Assembly (NCBI GenBank): GCA_004431415.1
Contig: QPMI01000044.1
Location: 62,001-126,000, forward strand
Reading direction: 5' to 3'
Source of the DNA: Cyanophora paradoxa CCMP329
Taxonomy: Eukaryota > Plantae > Glaucophyta
Length of the DNA: 64,000 nt
Below, piece by piece: positions 59,967 to 64,000 of this stretch; position 1 is the stretch's first letter, and every line of letters starts with the position of its first letter. The notes beneath the pieces were generated by a model. That model ran no database searches. It saw only the letters and a list, made by a program, of their open reading frames with translations, and was not told the origin of the DNA. Made by a program: the position numbers and the translations under genes.

Positions 59967-60350
59967 TGTTTTGTAGACTAGCTGTGGCCTGGCTAGCTCT
60001 TTCGTAGAGAATGCGGGAATCGAGAGAATCGAGATAGGCGGCTGACCATGGCTGCGCATGCATGCAGCTGCGCCCTCTTGCAATTGCTTCCAAATTGCTA
60101 CGTATACGCGTTTGCGCGGCGGGGGCCTCCAGATTGCAGTTGGCGCGCGGGTCCCGCCCGGGCCCCGGGCCGCGCCGGTCGACGTCGTGATCATGACCTG
60201 CGGGACAAAGGCACTGGCACCCCGCAAAATCGGGGGGAAATTCGAAAATTTTCCATATACGTACCCCGCTGTCATTTCGAAATTCGGATCAGCTGTCGAT
60301 CTCTAGATCGCAAGCTCGCAGCTTTGCGCGATCGTGGACCCGCGCTATAC

Positions 60351-63265
60351 ATGGAGGAGCGCAGCGGGGCGACGCCCGCAGGTCCGTGAAGTGTTTTGAA
60401 ATATGAAGCCGATTGGGAGAGAAATTCGCGAGGCCTCTGATCATGAAGTGATTATAAACGCGCACGCAGACGTGCCCGAGCGGCTCATGGAGTGCGCGAA
60501 GACGAGCGGGCGCGTACGCACGGTGTTGCGAGAAAGTGAGGAAACATCTTCCGCGGCGTTGTCCTCGAGCTCGGACGTCGACGGCAGCAGCATTCGCAAG
60601 CGCATGCGCAGCACGTCGCTGGTGCTGAGCGCCAGTGTGCATCCGGAAGAGGACACTAGTAGTTATACTGCGTCGGCGGAAGATTCGAATTCCGAAGCAT
60701 ATGCATCAGCTGCAGCCGAAGGTGTCGATCCCGAATTTGAATTCGAAGCGGCGGCGGCACCGATCGCGATCGCGATATCCATCGAGCAGCTTCCGGACGT
60801 GATTCTCTCGAAAATTCTCGAGTGTCTGGGCCTGAAGGCGTCGGCCGCGACGCGTTTCGTATGCCGCCGCTGGCGCGACGCGGCCGATGCGGTCTTCTGG
60901 CACCAGCTCGACCTCAAGCTGTACGCGGAGAGCGCGGACGAGCTCGCGGGCCTCTTGATCGGCGCTCAAGACCTGGACTGGAGCCAGCTGGACGACGCTG
61001 CGCGAGCGGAAATTATCTGGCAGCGTGCGGGCCGCGGGCACCGGATTCGAGTCGCCGCGGGCGCTTCCCTGCGCCTGGAGGTCACCCCCGTCGATATTGA
61101 GGACATCGAAGTCGATGGCCTCGAAGTATGGCAATCCACCCTCTCCCTCCTCGCGGCGTGCGCGGCCGCGGCCGGCGCGGCGAGTGGCACCAGCACTGGC
61201 CATGGCGGCCTGGGCGCGGTCGACGTGGACTGCTCGTGCTCCCCGGACTCCAGCTGCATCGCAGACATGCTCAACGCCGTCGTGCCGCCGAGCGCCCCCG
61301 TCTGCCGCTCGCTCCGCAACCTCTCCCTGCGGGCTGTCTACTCTAGATTTAAATCTGAAGATTCTTTCTCACTTGGAGTCGGCCCCAACTTCCGGCGCTT
61401 GATCTTCCCGAACCTCGAGAGCCTCCTCGCGATCGGCAACGAGCCCTGCTTTTACGCCTGCCGCGCCGACGCGGAGGCCCTCGCCCGGTGCCTGCCAAAC
61501 CTTAAACGGGTGTGCAGCCGCTGAGCCGCTCCCTTCTCGCGATCGCGATCGCGATTCCATGTTGACATATCATGATCATGTACCATGTTGACGTGCAATT
61601 GGATCCGCAGCTGGATGTGCGGTTCGATCACGAAGATCTAGAGCTGGGGGCCACCGGCAAGCTCGAGGGGTTCATCAGTGAAGCCGCAGCAGTGTTCCCA
61701 GCTCTCGAGTACTTCAAAACAACATTGTACTCCGCGGCGGCCGAGGATATGTATGTCAGAGAAGACGCCGCGCCCTTGCTCGAGGGCCTCGCCTCCGGCC
61801 CCGCCGCCCTCTCCCTCAAGGAGTGCGTACCCGTCCAGGATTCTTGCCGTCCAGCACAATTTTGAGCTGAGCCGCGTGCTCATGCATATGATCAGGATTG
61901 TGCTGGATTGGAGGAATGCAATTGCCGTGCAGTGGGAGCTCTCTCCGCTGGCCCTGCGCGCTCTCGAACGCTTCCCCGCCCTTCAGCGCCTCCGTGGAAT
62001 TCCGTCTGTCTCGGTCCGTGCCACCCCTCGCCCCGCCCATCCCAACCCTTCTCCGCCGCTCGACTCTGCCTGCCCTGATCGAAGGCCTCTGATGACCTTG
62101 CAATTGCATTATTCGCGAAGGTGCCCTCTGAGACTGCCGAAGATGACCTGGCCGTGCTGGGGTCCCTTCCGGCGCTCACAAGCGTGGGGCCACTTGAGAT
62201 CCGCACGCGTGACAAAGATCCAGAGAGCCTCGTCGCCCGCTTGAACGGCCTCGCCGCCGTCCTCGAGCGCTCTTCCTCGTTGACCGATCTCCGGCTCGAA
62301 ATTTGTGCATCCGGATCCCCAATTAATTTCCTGCTAGCGCTTGTCCCGCTCTGACGGGGGTCCCTGCAATTTTCCTTGTTGTCAAGAGCTCACGACGCAA
62401 CAGACTCTCTGCCTCTGGAGGCGTCCCCGGCGCTCGCTCGGCTCATCACGACTGGTGCCCTTCGACGGCGGCTCGCCATAGATCTTCGAATTCATGCAAG
62501 GGAACCGCGGCCGGAGGTCGAGGAGGCCCTGGCTGCGCTGGGCTCCTGCCCGGGACTCACGAGCTTGGGGAGGCTAAGTTCTTGCGGTGAGGCTGTTCCA
62601 ACGGTCTTGAACGGCCTCGCGGCGGCCTTCGAGCGCTCCTCCTCGCTTACCGACCTCGAGCTATTCATCGAGCTCTGTGCGGCCCTTTTTTCCCCTCTTA
62701 GCTCACATGTACATGCCTCGTTAGAGCTAACGAGGCATGTACATGTGCAACAGACGATTTGCTACCGGAGGCACTGGCGGCGCTCGCGCGGCTGGCCAGC
62801 GCGGCCCGCGGGCGCTTTTCCCTCGCGGTCCGGCTCGTGGTGGGGCGATTGCAAGACCGCGCGCGGGCCAAATTCATTTGAGGGGGTAGCCGCGGCGCTG
62901 GCGGCCTCCCCGCCCCGCAGCCTTGCCCTCGGCCTCTGCGTATACGGAGACGAAGCAGACGTCGTGATCAGCCGCCTGAAGGGCCTCGCCGCCTTCGCCT
63001 TCGCCGGCTGTTTGAATTCCACGGGGGACATCGAGGTCTGCGAGCTCTGCAGCTGGCCTCTGGGCGGGGCCGCCTTGATTAGCTTCCTGGCGGCTTGCAA
63101 TTAATATTGCGGTTATATATAATTATTAATTGAAGACGCCCGCAGGTACGCTTGAAGAGTACCGCGGCCGAGAGCGCGCGCGTGCGGTGCGCCGCACGTG
63201 AATCTGCGGCCAAAGCCCTCCCCACTGCCCGTATCCTGATGCGCGACGACGATGATGAATGGTAG
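60351..63265 (+). CDS. F-box protein with C-terminal LRR-like repeats
   Basis: F-box SIEQLPDVILSKILECLGLKASAATRFVCRRWRDAA (~60780-60885); LRR-like units (SLRNLSL, FPNLESL, LPNLKR, FPALEYF, FPALQRL, SSLTDLRL); start ATG GAG GAG...G|gt; last exon ends DDDDEW*. Confidence 0.85.
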
Positions 63266-63299
63266 CCCTAGTAGCCGTAGCTTTCAAGTTTATTTGAAC

Positions 63300-64000
63300 G
63301 TTTAACCACAAATTAAACCAACTTTTGCCGGCAAATTCGCACTCGCGCTAATTACTAACACGAAACGCGAAAATTTTGACTCGGAGAGCTCTAAATTTGA
63401 TATTCGAGATGACGTTGAGCCCCTAGGCCTGGGCAAGCAACGATCACGATCATAACTTGGGACGATACTTCATATATTACGAATACTAGGATCATGAGAC
63501 AAGACAATATTACGAACTCTAGTACAGGCTAATTACCAAGACTCTCGATCGCGAGGGGCGCGGGATCAGGAACGATCGAGCGAGAGCGTGCGCACAGTAA
63601 ACGGGCCTCTCTCAACGGATTCGAGCACCAGATGACTCGCTGCCAAGGCGAAGAAAAATCATTACCAACAATAAATCCCGTGAGGAGGAGGGTTCAGAGG
63701 CTCAGAAACATGAGTCACAATAATCCAAGAATGCAGTCAAAGCATATATCGGAAGAATTTCGCGCCGAGGCGGAGCATAAGTAAGACAGACTATCGGAAA
63801 GAGAAACGCGGTGCTCCAGACCGGAAAGAAGAGCAAGCATGAACGGCGTGGGTGACGATCGGTAGACTATCTGTAATAAAGCATTGGCGAAAGAGACCGA
63901 AAACGTAAAAAAGAGATCGAAATCTACGTGAAAGCCCGCAGCCGTAAGCGTCCCGGGGACGGGTGCTATCAGAAAGTATTGGGCTTCTATCAGAAAGAGA
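63300..64000. other. Lower-GC, purine-skewed non-genic segment, possibly the edge of a repeat or transposable element
   Basis: Abrupt compositional change after the F-box gene; no ORF in the track; no diagnostic termini confirmed. Confidence 0.25.

Noticed and set aside
63412-63670. Possible LTR (GTTG...CAACA)
   Set aside because: The 5' end is not TG, there is no recognisable PBS or PPT in the right orientation, and no second copy in the window.

Overview
GC-rich, intron-dense eukaryotic nuclear DNA. The ORF track is mostly exon fragments and GC-rich shadow frames, so I spliced the genes by hand; exon boundaries and some starts are approximate. A Phe-type plastid transit peptide, a flagellar dynein-2 gene, selenocysteine use and short GT/GC-AG introns point to a flagellated alga, plausibly a glaucophyte such as Cyanophora (inference). 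Contents: (1) two tail-to-tail paralogs (1-9700 +, 14456-~23839 -) of a large membrane receptor, TM-extracellular sensor-TM-HAMP-PAS-adenylyl cyclase-class I phosphodiesterase, whose sensor resembles cyanobacterial chemoreceptor periplasmic domains; the pair shows patchwork identity suggestive of gene conversion; (2) a CBM48 + coiled-coil + C-terminal J-domain gene; (3) a secreted unknown protein and two tandem claudin-like tetraspans; (4) a selenocysteine glutathione peroxidase with in-frame TGA, a clear SECIS and a plastid + Tat (thylakoid lumen) presequence; (5) a DNMT3-like methyltransferase with Royal-family-like and ADD domains; (6) a QRICH2/DUF4795-like coiled-coil gene, TFIIE-beta head-to-head with WDR60, and an F-box/LRR gene. 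The best candidate for an undescribed system is the self-contained cAMP make-and-break receptor with a cyanobacterial-type sensor.
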